Below are positions 50,695-63,189 of a DNA stretch of 64,000 bases, one piece after another. Origin of the DNA: Pristiophorus japonicus. Lineage: Eukaryota. The position numbers and the translations under genes are program-made. Numbering within the stretch: the stretch's first letter is position 1; every line of letters starts with the position of its first letter. The notes under the pieces were generated by a model. That model was not told where the DNA came from. It saw only the letters and a program-made list of their open reading frames with translations, and did no database searches. Where the stretch lies: positions 273,730,001 through 273,794,000 of the forward strand of contig NC_091981.1 of NCBI RefSeq assembly GCF_044704955.1. Direction: 5' to 3'.

Positions 50695-50829
50695 AATGCA
50701 TTAAGCGTTCATAGGTGAACTTCGCCAATAGGAGTACTGCCTTCAAAAGCACCAGATAATTAGGCATGAGGGTGGATTTTCATCCCATCTTCGTTCACCC
50801 ATCTAAAAAGATTCTCAAGCGCCTCATTT

Positions 50830-51640
50830 CAGTTGTTTCCAAAAATATTCTGGAGGTATTGCAGGAAGAGTATGCCATCAATCTTTGTGTGAAGAAGAAA
50901 TTCCCTGACCACAGTCCTAAAGTTACTTTTTAATTAGTTGGAATCTGTGTACCCTTGTCCTGCTCTCTCAATTTAATTTAAAGAGATATTCTGGATTAAC
51001 ATTTCCTATTCCATTTACTATCTTCTATACTTTTGCAGGATGACCTCTCAAGGCTGAAAAGCCAAGGTTTCTGGAGTCTTTCCTCATAACTCTCACCAGT
51101 GACACTAGGGATCAACCTTGTGGCTCCTCACAGCACTGACATCAGTGCTTGAATGTCCCAGTAATTAGAACTGGACATTAATACTCAAGGTGCAGTCTGA
51201 TCAGATCATTGCCCAGTTCACACACAACCTCCTCTGACTCGTCTTCTCTATTTTGGCGATTCAATATCCTGTGCACGTTGCTGATTGCTGCTCTGCATTG
51301 GTTGGACATGTTGGGCATCGAGTCTACCAAAACTCCTGGGTGTATTTCAGCTTCAACCGTAGCTATTTCTACCCCGTTCATGGAGTGTACGTGTCACTTG
51401 TTTTGTTTTTCCTTTGTGGAGGACCTTATATTGTCCACATTAAATTTAATTTGCCTTTGTTCGACTCACCTGCATATTTTGTCCAAATCATTGTCATTTC
51501 TGAGCTGCCCCTCACCGATTCCATCATCCATCTGTGAATGATCTCAACCTGACCACTTTGCACCGAGTGACTGAATACAAGATATTTATGTGAATTAGAA
51601 ACTGTAGTGGTCCCTGGGGAACCCCACTGAGTATGCCCCC
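50830..51640 (-). mobile_element. Ancient CR1 fragment
   Basis: Decayed ...LIRLHLEY and RT C-terminal motifs. Confidence 0.6.
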
Positions 51641-54248
51641 GCAACCCCCACCGTACCGCGCCCCCCGCCCCCCGCCCCGTGTCCTGACATAAATCATCAA
51701 AAACTTGTTTTTTTATTAGATGAGATTCTGATCAGTATTTGGGAGAACTCAGTCCATGATTTTATGCACTTTTCCATGTAAAATGAAAATCCAGCACTTT
51801 TATCCTTTGTTTTATATCGGTGACATTTAACATTTAACACATTTTTATTAATGAGCTGTGATTCACAGATCCAATAACTTCAATACATTCAAATTTATTT
51901 ACGTAAATATTAGATGGAACCTAACATATGTAGTTAGCTCGGAACCCAAACAAAAACATTTGCCCTCCAACAACCTGAATCGATAACAATCAGCCAACCT
52001 TAGCTCTTCTTAAAGGCTTCTTGGAGATCATTACTTGAGAGCCGTCAGAATGGGTTACACGCTGCAGGCTATAAGGTTATTGATGAGGGAATTAAAAGGC
52101 AAACAAAGGTTGAAATTCAAGTACTAAGAATAAACCCTACCTCTAATTACAGTATGAAACTGCAGAATTTTCAGATCACATGGAACAGAATGATTTGGGT
52201 GAGGGAACTTGCTCCCTTGCATGAAGGTCAATTGAGAAATAAATGGATCTTCATTTCATTTACATGGCCCACTCCACAGGAACAATATGGCGATGCCCGA
52301 TAATTTTGAACCAAACATGACTCAGAATTTAGCATCAATCTTTACATAATATCCACCGGCACCCCCACAAGTTTCAGCTATGAAAAATATTGGATGCCTT
52401 GAAGTGATATCCACTACTAAATCTTCTAAACTACAGTGTCCCTTTAGGCTTGCCAATTCTGTACTCGTCCTGTAGTTCTGCCATCAGTGTAACCAGCATT
52501 TTCAACACCTTCCTGCATTTAAAGATTGTGAGCGTGTGTCTCCTCAGTCTTCTTTTCCCCAGTGGAATCAAACTGTTAATCCCTTCTCCATGATATGTTA
52601 AATTCCCAAATCATTCCAGTTTCTTTTCTCACAATTGTCTCCAATAAAACAATGTCCCTTTGAAGGCAACCAGCCCAAAACGTTCAAAATATGATCCTGC
52701 CAATATGAGTTACAAAAGGGTCAATAAAATTTGATTCAAACCCGACAAACAATTGCCTAACAATTGATTAGCCTCGTTGATAACTAATTGTTGTACTGCG
52801 TTAAATAGCATAATTTGTGTCCCTGCTTCAGGTAGTTCTCAAAATAGCTACAATTACAAATGGAATGAGATTTGCATTAGCAACTACAGATCGTGTGCCT
52901 GGACTGAAGATTCAGTACCCTGGTTCCCCAGGAAAACCAAAATATGGGTTTGTTGAAAGTCCAGTGGTAATTCAAATGTCACCTATACAACATAAAAACA
53001 TAAGGATTAGAAGCAGAAGTAGGCCACAGGGCCACTCGAGACTGCTCCACCATTCAATAAGATCATGGCTGATCTTTGACCTCAACTCCACTTTACCACC
53101 CAATCCCCATATCCCTGGAGTCCCCTATAATCCAAAAGTCTACAATCTCAGCCTTAAATATAGTCAACAATTCAGCATTCACAGATCTTTGGGGTAGAAA
53201 ATTCCAAAGATTCACAACCCTCTGAGTGAAGAAAATCCTTCTGAGACAATGCCCCCTTGTTCTAGACAGTGCAACTAGGGGAAACAACCTCTCAGCAACT
53301 ACCATGTCAATCCCCCTCAGAATTTTATAAGTTTCAATAAGATCATCTCTCATCCCTCTAAACTCCAGAGTATAGGCCAAACTACTCAATCTCTCACCCC
53401 AGGAATCAATTTAATGAACCTTCATTTCACTGCCTCGACAGCAAGTATATCCTTCCTCAAATAAGGAGAACAAAATTGTGCATAGTACTTCAGGTATGGT
53501 CTCACCAAAGCACTGTATAATTTCAGCAAGACTTCCTTACTCCTGTAGTCCAAACCCCTTGCAATAAAGTTCAACATTCCATTTGCTTTCCTAATTGCTT
53601 GCTGTACTTGCATGCTAACTATCTGGCTGTGATTTTGCCAACCTCGGCAGGTCCATGCCGGATGACATCGGTTGCGGGTCCCGGACTCGCTGCTGACTCC
53701 AGCCCGTTGTCCAAAATGACTTTCCCCTGATTGAGCCCGCCCAGCATGTTTGCCTGACAATTGAAGGAAGTGGGTCTGATGATGTCATTTGATGACACGC
53801 CATCAGCCGGTTTCCTTAAAGAGACCTTGCACAAATTTAATTTGACATTGTGCTATCAGTGTTCTACAGCATTAAGGTGCTGCAAACACTGACGAGCACT
53901 GCACAGAGGTGCATGGCTGTACACAGGCTCTCCCATGACACCCTCCATATGATTATGGGGAGAATCACAGCACGCAGGGTGATTCCCTTCCCTTCTAATG
54001 AGTGGAAGAGATCTCCTCAGGAATCAAACGCAGCCTGGTTACACATTGCACAGGAGGGCACCAGCAAGGATATCGTCAGGAGGGCCTGGCTGCAGTGGTG
54101 CAAACCTTTCAATTATCTCAGTACATCACAAAATATTACAACAAAGTCACACTCAACCTCATCCTGCTGTGCCACTCATCACATCCCCATCACTCTGCCT
54201 TCCCTACCCTACTCCTGCTCCTGCTCATCCTTACTCACACCAGCTTAC

Positions 54249-55968
54249 ATAAAAACATAAGAATTAGGAACAGGAGTAGGCCATCTAGCCCCTTGAGCCT
54301 GCTCCGCCATTCAACAAGATCATGGCTAATCTGGCCGTGGACTCAGTTCCACTTACCCGCCCGCTCCCCATAACCCTTAATTCCCTTATTGGTTAAAAAT
54401 CTATCTATATGTGATTTGAATACATTCAATGAGCTAGCCTCAACTGCTTCCTTGGGCAGAAAATTCCACAGATTCACAACCCTCTGGGAGAAGAAATTCC
54501 TTCTCAACTCGGTTTTAAATTGGCTCCCCCGTATTTTGAGGCTGTGCCCCCTAGTTCTAATCTCCCCAACCAGTGGAAACAACCTCTCTGCCTCTATCTT
54601 TCTATTCCTTTCATTATTTTAAATGTTTCTATAAGATCACCCCTCATCCTTCTGAACTCCAATGAGTAAAGACCCAGTCTACTCAATCTATCATCATAAG
54701 GTAACCCCCACATCTCCGGAATCAGCCTCGTGAATCGTCTCTGTACCCCCTCCAAAGCCAGTATATCGTTCCTTAAGTAAGGTGACCAAAACTGCACGCA
54801 GTACTCCAGGTGCGGCCTCACCAATACCCTATACTGTTGCAGCAGGACCTCCCTGCTTTTCTACTCCATCCCTCTCGCAATGAAGGCCAACATTCCATTC
54901 GCCTTCCTGATTACCTGCTGAACCTGCAAACTAACTTTTTGGGATTCATGCACAAGGACCCCCAGGTCCCTCTGCACCGCAGCATGTTGTAATTTCTCCC
55001 CATTCAAATAATATTCCCTTTTATTGTTTTTTTCCCAAGGTGAATGACGTCACATTTTCCGACATTGTATTCCATCTGCCAAACCTTAGCCCATTCGCTT
55101 AACCTATCTAAATCTCTTTGCAGCCTCTTTGTGTCCTCTACACAACCCGCTTTCCCACTAATCTTTGTGTCATCTGCAAATTTTGTTGCACTACACTCTG
55201 TCCCCTCTTCCAAGTCATCTATGTATATTGTAAACAGTTGTGGTCCCAGCACCGATCCCTGTGGCACACCACTGACCACCGATTTCCAACCCGAAAAGGA
55301 TCCATTTATCCCGACTCTCTGCTTTCTGTTAGCCAGCCAATTCACAATTCATGCTAATAAATTTCCTCTGACTCTGCGTATCTTTATCTTCTGCAGTAAC
55401 CTTTTGTGTGGCACCTTATCGAATGCCTTTTGGAAATCTAAATACACCACATCCATCGGTACACCTCTATCCACCATGCTCGTTATATCCTCAAAGAATT
55501 CCAGTAAATTAGTTAAACATGATTTCCCCTTCATGAATCCATGTTGTGTCTGCTTGATTGCACTATTTCTATCTAGATGTCCTGCTATTTCTTCCTTAAT
55601 GATAGCTTCAAGCATTTTCCCCATACAGATGTTAAACTAACCTGCCTTTTGTCTGCCCCCTTTTTTAAACAGAGGCGTTACATTAGCTGCTTTCCAATCC
55701 GCTGGTACCTCCCCAGAGTCCAGAGAATTTTGGTAGATTATAACGAATGCATCTGCTCTAACTTCCGCCATCTCTTTTAATACCCTGGGATGCATTTCAT
55801 CAGGACCAGAGGACTTGTCTACCTTGAGTCCCATTAGCCTGTCCAGCACTAACCCCCTAGTGATAGTAATTATCTCAAGGTCCTCCCTCCCCACATTCCC
55901 GTGACCAGCAATTTTTGGCATGGTTTTTGTGTCTTCCACTGTGAAGATCGAAGCAAAATATGTGTTAA
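54249..55968 (-). mobile_element. CR1-D, 5'-truncated, nested in the Harbinger-like element
   Basis: RT ORFs 55004..55345 and 55349..55624; (CATAAGAA) tail; TTAC at both junctions. Confidence 0.92.
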
Positions 55969-56001
55969 TTACCTTGTACCTCCACCCATCCCTCTCTATC
56001 T

Positions 56002-57085
56002 AGGAGTCAGAAAGCAAAGAGTAATGGTTGATGGGTGTTTTTCTGACTGGAAGGCTATATCCAGTGGGGTTGCGTGGGGCCCAGTGTTGGGTCCCTTGCT
56101 TTTTGTGTTCCAGGAATATATCAATGACTTGGACTTAAACGATGGGGGTATAATTAAGAAGTTTGCAGATGGCACTAAAATAGGCTGTGTGGTTGATAAT
56201 GAAGAAGAAAGCTGCGGATTGCAGGAAGATATCAATGTACTGGTCAGGTGGGCAGAGCAGTGGCAAATGGAATTCAATCTGGATAAGGGTGAGGTAATGC
56301 ATTTGGGGAGGTCTAACAAGGCAAGGGAATATACATTAAATGGTATGAACTGAAAAGTATAGAGGAACAAAGGGACCTTGGAGTGCAGGTCCACAGAGCC
56401 CTGAAGGTAGCAGGCCAGGTAGAAAAGGTGGTTAAGAAGGCATATGGAATACTTGCCTTTATTAGTTGAGGCATGGAATACAAGAGCAAGGAGGTTATGT
56501 TTGAACTGTATAAAACACTGGTTAGGCCGCAGCTGGAGTACTGTGTGCAGTTCTGGTAACCACATTACAGGAAAGATGTGTTTGCACTGGAAAAGGTGCA
56601 GAGAAGATTTACAAGAATGTTGCCTGGACTGGACAATTTTGGCTATGAGGAAAGATTGGAGATGCTGGGTCTGTTTTCTTTGGAACAGAGGAGGCTGGGG
56701 GGAGACCTGATTGAAGTGTATAAAAATATGAGGTGCCTGGTAGTGTGGATAGGAAGAACCTGTTTCCCTTGGCAAAGGGGTCACAAATGAGGGGTCATGA
56801 TTTAAGGTAATTGGGGGAAGGTTTAGAGGAGATATGAGGGGAAATGTCTTCAACCAGAAGGTGGTGGGGGTCTGGAACTCACTGCCTGAAAGGGTGGTAG
56901 AGGTAGAAACCCTCACCACATTGAAAAGATACTTGGATGCACTTAAAGTGCCGTAACCTACAGGGCTACAGGACAAGAGCTGGACAGTGTGATTAGGCTG
57001 GATAGCTCTTGGTCAGCTGGCGCGGACACGATGGGCCGAGATGGCCTCCTTCCGTGCTGTAAATTTCTATATTTCTATGATTTTC
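56002..57085 (+). mobile_element. CR1-B 3' portion nested in the Harbinger-like element
   Basis: RT motifs (VLGPLLF, KKFAD); tail taaatttctatatttctatga; CTATCT at both junctions. Confidence 0.92.
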
Positions 57086-57983
57086 CTATCTCACTAGCCA
57101 CTCCTCACACTCACCATCAATCTCGTCTAATCATATCAACTAACAGCACACAACGGTAGCTACTTTGGTGTTGTATCCAATGTTCATGTAAAGTTTCTGT
57201 TAATGTGGTGTCAAACATTGAAACTTTTATTTTGAACATGTTGCATTCTTGGACAGATCTGTGTGCACCCTTGAAAATGGCTTAGTGAGTTGTAGTGAAT
57301 GGTGAGACATTATGGTGATGAGTGTGAAAGAAATGGCTTGGGCATTGTATGGATGCTTTATGTTGTTGGTGTAGGGTAGTGCAAATCTGGCACTTCATGT
57401 GGCATCCAGGGTGTACAACTTCAAGTGAAGTAAATCTGACCACGGTGAGGCCATCCTTGGCCTCCCGGGCAGCAATGTGCTCGGGTGATGATGCCCTCTG
57501 TCCTGTGCAGCATCAGTTGATTGCGGAGACGTTTGATGTTGCTGTTGGTGCTGCTGGTGTGTCTGCTGCTGCTGATGTTGGGGATGATCGTGGTGGGATT
57601 CTGAGGACCAAGGTGATATAGTTTAAAGGGCACCAATGCTGATGCAATAGATGGCAGGTGAACTTGAGATAATAGAAGCAATCTGTCAATGGTGAGAGAG
57701 GTTGTTCCAATGAGGTGACACTCACAAAACACTTCCAACATGCTTAAAGCTCAATCTGTCTTAATGCAGTAAGCAACAACTTCTGAACTTGGAAAGTGAA
57801 CAGCTGTGAGATGGGAGCTTTTATAGTGCATTTGCAGCTGTTAAGTAATGAGATGATTCCATGATCAGACAACTCCCAATCTGGTTACCTGATGTAATCC
57901 TTGAGCAGCATGGACCCCGTGGTAAACTCTGAAGGTGAGCTCAAAATATTTCTTAATGATCTGTTAACAAGTTAATAATGACC

Positions 57984-58188
57984 AACGCCGAGAACATGCA
58001 GAAATCAAGCGCAGACAGCGGAAAGAGTGTGCGGTGAACCAGTCCCACCCACCCCTTCCCTCAATGACTATCTGTCCCACCTGTGACAGAGTCTTTGGCT
58101 CTCGTATTGGACTGTTCAGCCACCAAAGAACTCACTTCAGGAGTGGAAGCAAGTGTTCCTTGATTCAGAGGGACCGTCTATGAGTGAG
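57984..58188 (+). mobile_element. RTE-clade LINE 3' fragment
   Basis: Reverse-complement match to 29004-29210; TSD AATGACC (57977-57983 / 58189-58195). Confidence 0.85.
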
Positions 58189-58849
58189 AATGACCTGAAT
58201 TGTCTCCCCCGCTGCTTGGTGTCAGGTCTGCTCAGCGTTGACAGACCCGACATTTGGGAAAGCTGCGTGGCGGCAGGTTGACAGCGGAATCCCAAACTGC
58301 TGTAAAAATAAATTCCCACCTGACCCGCCACCAATCGCACGCACTGACACCCCGATAACTGCCTCCCCGCTCTGTGTTTCCTGTACCAGGACCCCTAAAT
58401 CTCTCTGAATATCAACATTTAACAGTTTCTCACAATTTAACAATTATTCTGTTTTTCTAACCTCACATTTCCCCACATTATACTCCATCAGCCACCTTAT
58501 TGCCCACTCACTTAACCTGTCTATATCCCTTTGCAGGCTCTTTGTGCCCTCCTCACAGCTTACTTTCCCAACTAGCGTCAGCAAATTTGGATACTTTGCA
58601 CTCAGTCCCTTCATCTAAATCATTAATATAGATTGTAAATAGCTGAGGCCACACTGATCCTTGCCGTATCCAACTAATTACAGCCTGCCAATCTGAAAAT
58701 GACTCATTTATCCCTACACTCTCATCTGTCCTTTAACCAATCCTCGCAGACTGATTGATGAACCATCAGGGGAATTGTACTGCAGTCTTATTTGTTGACT
58801 TCAAAAGGTTCACCTAACTTGCTTATGTCTTCAATTCCAATGAGCACCT

Positions 58850-59372
58850 CCAGACTGCACTATTCCAAGGCTCTCCTGGCCGACCTCATATCTTCCACCC
58901 TCCATAACAGTTCATCCAAAACTCTGCTACCCGTATCTGAACTTGCACCTGTTCATCCCTGTGCTCTCTGACTTGCAATGGTTTCTAGTCCACCAATGAT
59001 TTGATTTTAAAATTCTCATCCTCGTGTGGAAATCACTCACAGTCTCACCTCTCCTTACCTCTGCAACCTCTTCCAGTCCTACAAACTTCCAAGAACTCTG
59101 CGTTCCTACAACTCTGACCTCTTGTGCAACTTGCATTTCCTACCCCCACCATTGGCGGCCGTGTCTTCAGCCATCTAGGCCCAAAACTCTGAAATTCCCA
59201 CACTAGACCTCTCTTTCCTCCTTTAAGTCACTCCGTAAAACCTACATCTTTTACCAAGCATTTTCCCCAATGTCTCCTTCTTTGACTCGTGTGTCAATTT
59301 TTGTTCTGATTACCCTCCTGTGATGTGCTTTCTCTTACATTAAATTCACTATATAAATGCAAGTTGTTGTTG
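58850..59372 (+). mobile_element. L2 3' portion
   Basis: ccaccattggcggccgtgtcttcagc; tail ctatataaatgcaag(ttg)n. Confidence 0.8.
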
Positions 59373-59497
59373 AGACCTGAACTCTGCATTCTTAGGATTC
59401 ATGGAAAGTCCTGATCATTATCAAGTTGTGCAAAAAAATAGATTTTTGTTTGCTGAGGGATGTATACAGCACCAATAACGAACATTACGATTACTAT

Positions 59498-60050
59498 CAA
59501 CTTGCATTACTACAGCACACCTTGAACATAGAAAAATGTCCCAAATCAGTTGACATAGGAGAGATAACCAAAAACTTAGTCAGACTGGTAGGTTTTAAGC
59601 AGGTTCTTAAAAATAGAGAGGGAGGTACACAGGTGAGTAGGTTAGAGAGGGAATTCCTCGGCAGCTGATGGCATGGCTGTCAATGGTGGAGCAAAGGAAG
59701 TGAGGAATGCACAAGACCCTGGAGTCAGAGGAACTGAGAGTATGGAGGAGGATCCGTACGAGGTTCCAGAGCCATCAAGGGGAAAGATAATTTCAACAAA
59801 ACATTGAGGCACTGGGAAACCTGGAGCTAATGTAAGTCAGCAAAGACGGATGTGATGTGAAAGCAGGATTTGGTGTGGAATAGGATACTGGCAGCAGAAT
59901 TTTGGATGAGCTGAAGTTTATGGAGGTCGCAGGATGAGAGTCCAGCCAGAAGAGTATTGGAGTAAATCAAGCCTGGAGGTGAAAAGGCCCGAATGAGAGC
60001 TTCAGCACCAGTGAGGCTGAGGTAGGAATGGAGACGAGCGATGTTACAGA
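59498..60050 (-). mobile_element. Old L2 3' portion
   Basis: EALIRAF...YSNTLLAGL...KLQLIQNSAA in ORF 59827..60129. Confidence 0.75.
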
Positions 60051-61395
60051 CTGGTTGTGATAGAGAGGTCGAACCGAGCATCATCAGTGTACAGGAGCCA
60101 ATCCCAGGGGAGTCTGTTTCTTGCTGCAACTCAGTTTGTATTATTCTACTGTAGATAAATCTATCAGCCTGTTCACATGGTCTGATGGCATATTATTTTC
60201 CTCCTGTGAGAAGAGACAAGTAAATGTGATGGCCTGAAGACTGCCAGGTAAAACCTAGCGATGCAGCCGTGCCAGCAGCGGTAAGTGGGAAAACTTAGAA
60301 AAAAAGGTAAGTTAAAGTTTTTTTCTTTACATCGACTTGTTAGGTAAGGGTCTTGATAATGTTTTTTGAATGCTTGAATTTCCCCGCCCCCCCCTCCCAA
60401 TGCTCCCGGTCCCGCACTAAAGTAGGCGAAGATCGCATTTTTGCGCCCCAAATAATCGTGTAAAGTCTCCCTTTGCGATGTCACCAAGTGCTGAAAGTTA
60501 AGCCTTAAATCGGTAATGCAGCGAAAAAGGTAATTTTTCATGTATCGCTTACGGTTTTACCAAAAACGCAGAAACCCGGAAATCCAGCCCATAATCTTTT
60601 ACAGTATTCACTTGAGTTTCCTTTTTGGGCACCCAATAATCAGGTGCACTGCAACCCAGCGGACAGAACCACGCACATTTTTTCTTTTGCTGGGCCAGGA
60701 ACTCCCCTCTCACTTCATTATAATCCCAGCGTTGGGCCTGCACCGACACAGGCACAGGATATAACATGCATTAACTCAGTATCCCAGCAGGATGCAATGG
60801 GGTGGGCACCTGCCTTAATGTGCCCACGCCTCTTTTTCCTCTGCCCTACATCTGCCGATTGCCAATTCCCGAGGTGCAGGGCAGAGGAAAACCCACTCTC
60901 TGGTTGAGTGCCAACAGCAAATTTTCATAATTGTGTTACCGAGAAGCTCTCACAATCATATGTATTATTAGTGCAAAGAACGCTGGGCTGGATCGGAACC
61001 CCAAGGGACACCAGTGACTCCAGGCCCCTGCTTTAATTCAAAAGAAAATAGATTAACCTGCGGGAGCTGCAATTTCTCACTGTAGCCACTTAGCCTCATC
61101 AGTCAAGTCAACAGTTTATTGGTAAACATTCAAGTCAACTTCACTTGGCAAACATCTCACATTAGCTCTTTTAATCATTGTTCATCCAGCAAATAATTTG
61201 CATAAGTTTTCACCTGTTCTGCTGGCAAACAGCACCTGGCCTGACGTAGCAATTAACTTCTGCATATGTTACCCGTACAGCACAAGAGATTAGCTGTACA
61301 CCATTTCCCAACATCAGTTATAGCGTGCATCACAGCCAGTAGGAGGCAGCATCTTAGAAAGGCTAACTGTACCCGAGTTAGACTTAAATAAGACT

Positions 61396-62247
61396 TAGAA
61401 ACATAGAAACATAGAAAATAGGTGCAGGAGTAGGCCATTCGGCCCTTCGAGCCTGCACCGCCATTCAATGAGTTCATGGTTGAACATGCAACTTCAGTAC
61501 CCCATTCCTGTTTTCTCGCCATACCCCTTGATTCCCCCTAGTAGTAAGGACTTCATCTAACTCCCTTTTGAATATATTTAGTGAATTGGCCTCAACTACT
61601 TTCTGTGGTAGAGAATTCCACAGGTTCACCACTCTCTGGGTGAAGAAGTTTCTCCTCATCTCGGTCCTAAATGGCTTACCCCTTATCCTTAGACTGTGAC
61701 CTCTGGTTCTGGACTTCCCCAACATTGGGAACATTCTTCCTGCATCTAACCTGTCTAAACCCGTCAGAATTTTAAACGTTTCTATGAGGTCCCCTCTCAT
61801 TCTTCTGAACTCCAGTGAATACAAGCCCAGTTGATCCAGTCTTTCTTGATAGGTCAGTCCCGCCATCCCGGGAATCAGTCTGGTGAACCTTCGCTGCACT
61901 CCCTCAATAGCAAGAATGTCCTTCCTCAAGTTAGGAGACCAAAACTGTACACAATACTCCAGGTGTGGCCTCACCAAGGCCCTGTACAACTGTAGCAACA
62001 CCTCCCTGCCCCTGTACTCAAATCCCCTCGCTATGAAGGCCAACATGCCATTTGCTTTCTTAACCGCCTGCTGTACCTGCATGCCAACCTTCAATGACTG
62101 ATGTACCATGACACCCAGGTCTCGTTGCACCTCCCCTTTTCCTAATCTGTCACCATTCAGATAATAGTCTGTCTCTCTGTTTTTACCACCAAAGTGGATA
62201 ATCTCACATTTATCCACATTATACTTCATCTGCCATGCATTTGCCCA
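61396..62247 (-). mobile_element. CR1-A1 3' fragment inserted into a SINE tail
   Basis: ORF 61474..62229; left flank aagactt and right flank gcatttatatagc rejoin the SINE tail. Confidence 0.95.
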
Positions 62248-62705
62248 TTTGCATTTATATAGCGCCTTTCATGACCACCGGACGTCTCAAAGCGCTTTAT
62301 TGCTAATGAAGTACTTTTGGAGTGTAGTCACTGCTGTAATGTGGGAAGCGTGGCAGATAATTTGCGCACAGCAAGCTCCCACAAACAGCCATGTGATAAT
62401 GGCCAGATAATCTTTTTTTGTGATGTTGATTAAGGGATCAATATTGGCCAGGACACCAGGGATAACTCCCCTGCTCTTATTCAAAATAGTGCCATGGGAT
62501 CGTTTACGTCCACCTGAGAGAGCAGGTTGGGCCTTGGTTTAACGTCTCATCGGAAAGACAGCACCTCCAACAGTGCAGCACTCCCTCAGCACTGCACTGG
62601 AGTGTCAGCCAAGATTTTTGTACTCAAGTCTCTAGAGTAGGACTTGAAACCACAAGCTTCTGACTGAGAGGCGAGTGCACTACCCACTGAGCCACAGTTG
62701 ACACT
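62248..62705 (-). mobile_element. Full-length SINE (SacSINE1/DeuSINE-like)
   Basis: tRNA-like head (gtggctcagtggg...ggtttcaagtcc on the minus strand), conserved body, L2-type tail. Confidence 0.9.
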
Positions 62706-63189
62706 GTTAAAGATTAGAGATTGAGCGAGCCAGGAATAATTTGGATCAATAATTAGGACAATACTGCAGCATTTTTTTTTTTATAAACCTTTAAAAAAAA
62801 ATGCAGTTGCAAAGTAATCAGCTAGATATGCTGTGTAGTTATGCAAAGCAATTGCCTTCGTATGGGCACCAGCTGGTGTATTGTAATTCTGCTGTAAAGT
62901 TTTCGAGCTAACTTCAGCCAAGTGATTTAAGAATATATCTCTGTGAGGTGGCCTCACACCACTGGGGCGTCACACCACACAGAAGTTCAAAAAGTTCCCT
63001 GTCAATCCATTCCCAATCTAGGCAGTACAGTTATTAATCTGTTGGTGTTAGCAGAGAGCCAACAGGACAGTCAGAGCATTGTTAAATGTAACATTTCTCC
63101 AGCACATCCATATTGACATCAACAGAGTTTTACACACACATGCATAATTGATCTGCTGGCTCAGCACCTCTGCTCAGTCCACGCCACAA

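Larger units (their letters stand above)
53625..58369. mobile_element. Internally deleted PIF/Harbinger-like DNA transposon
   Basis: Myb/SANT-like remnant on + strand (~53913-54120: AWLHIA...RRAWLQWCKPFNYL); transposase-end-like HIAAREAKDGLTVVRF on - strand (~57430-57500); TIRs not clearly retained. Confidence 0.6.
52989..58745 (-). mobile_element. CR1 (family C) split into 52989-53624 and 58370-58745 by a DNA transposon
   Basis: ...catgctaacta-tctg | tctg-tgtttcctgtacc... rejoin into one CR1 ORF2 (SMQVQQAIRK on the left, RDLGVLVQET on the right). Confidence 0.8.

Noticed and set aside
60224-60920. CpG-containing segments resembling non-autonomous DNA transposons (also ~25890-26250, 35000-35400, 10983-11090)
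   Set aside because: Could not define paired TIRs or TSDs by eye; left unannotated
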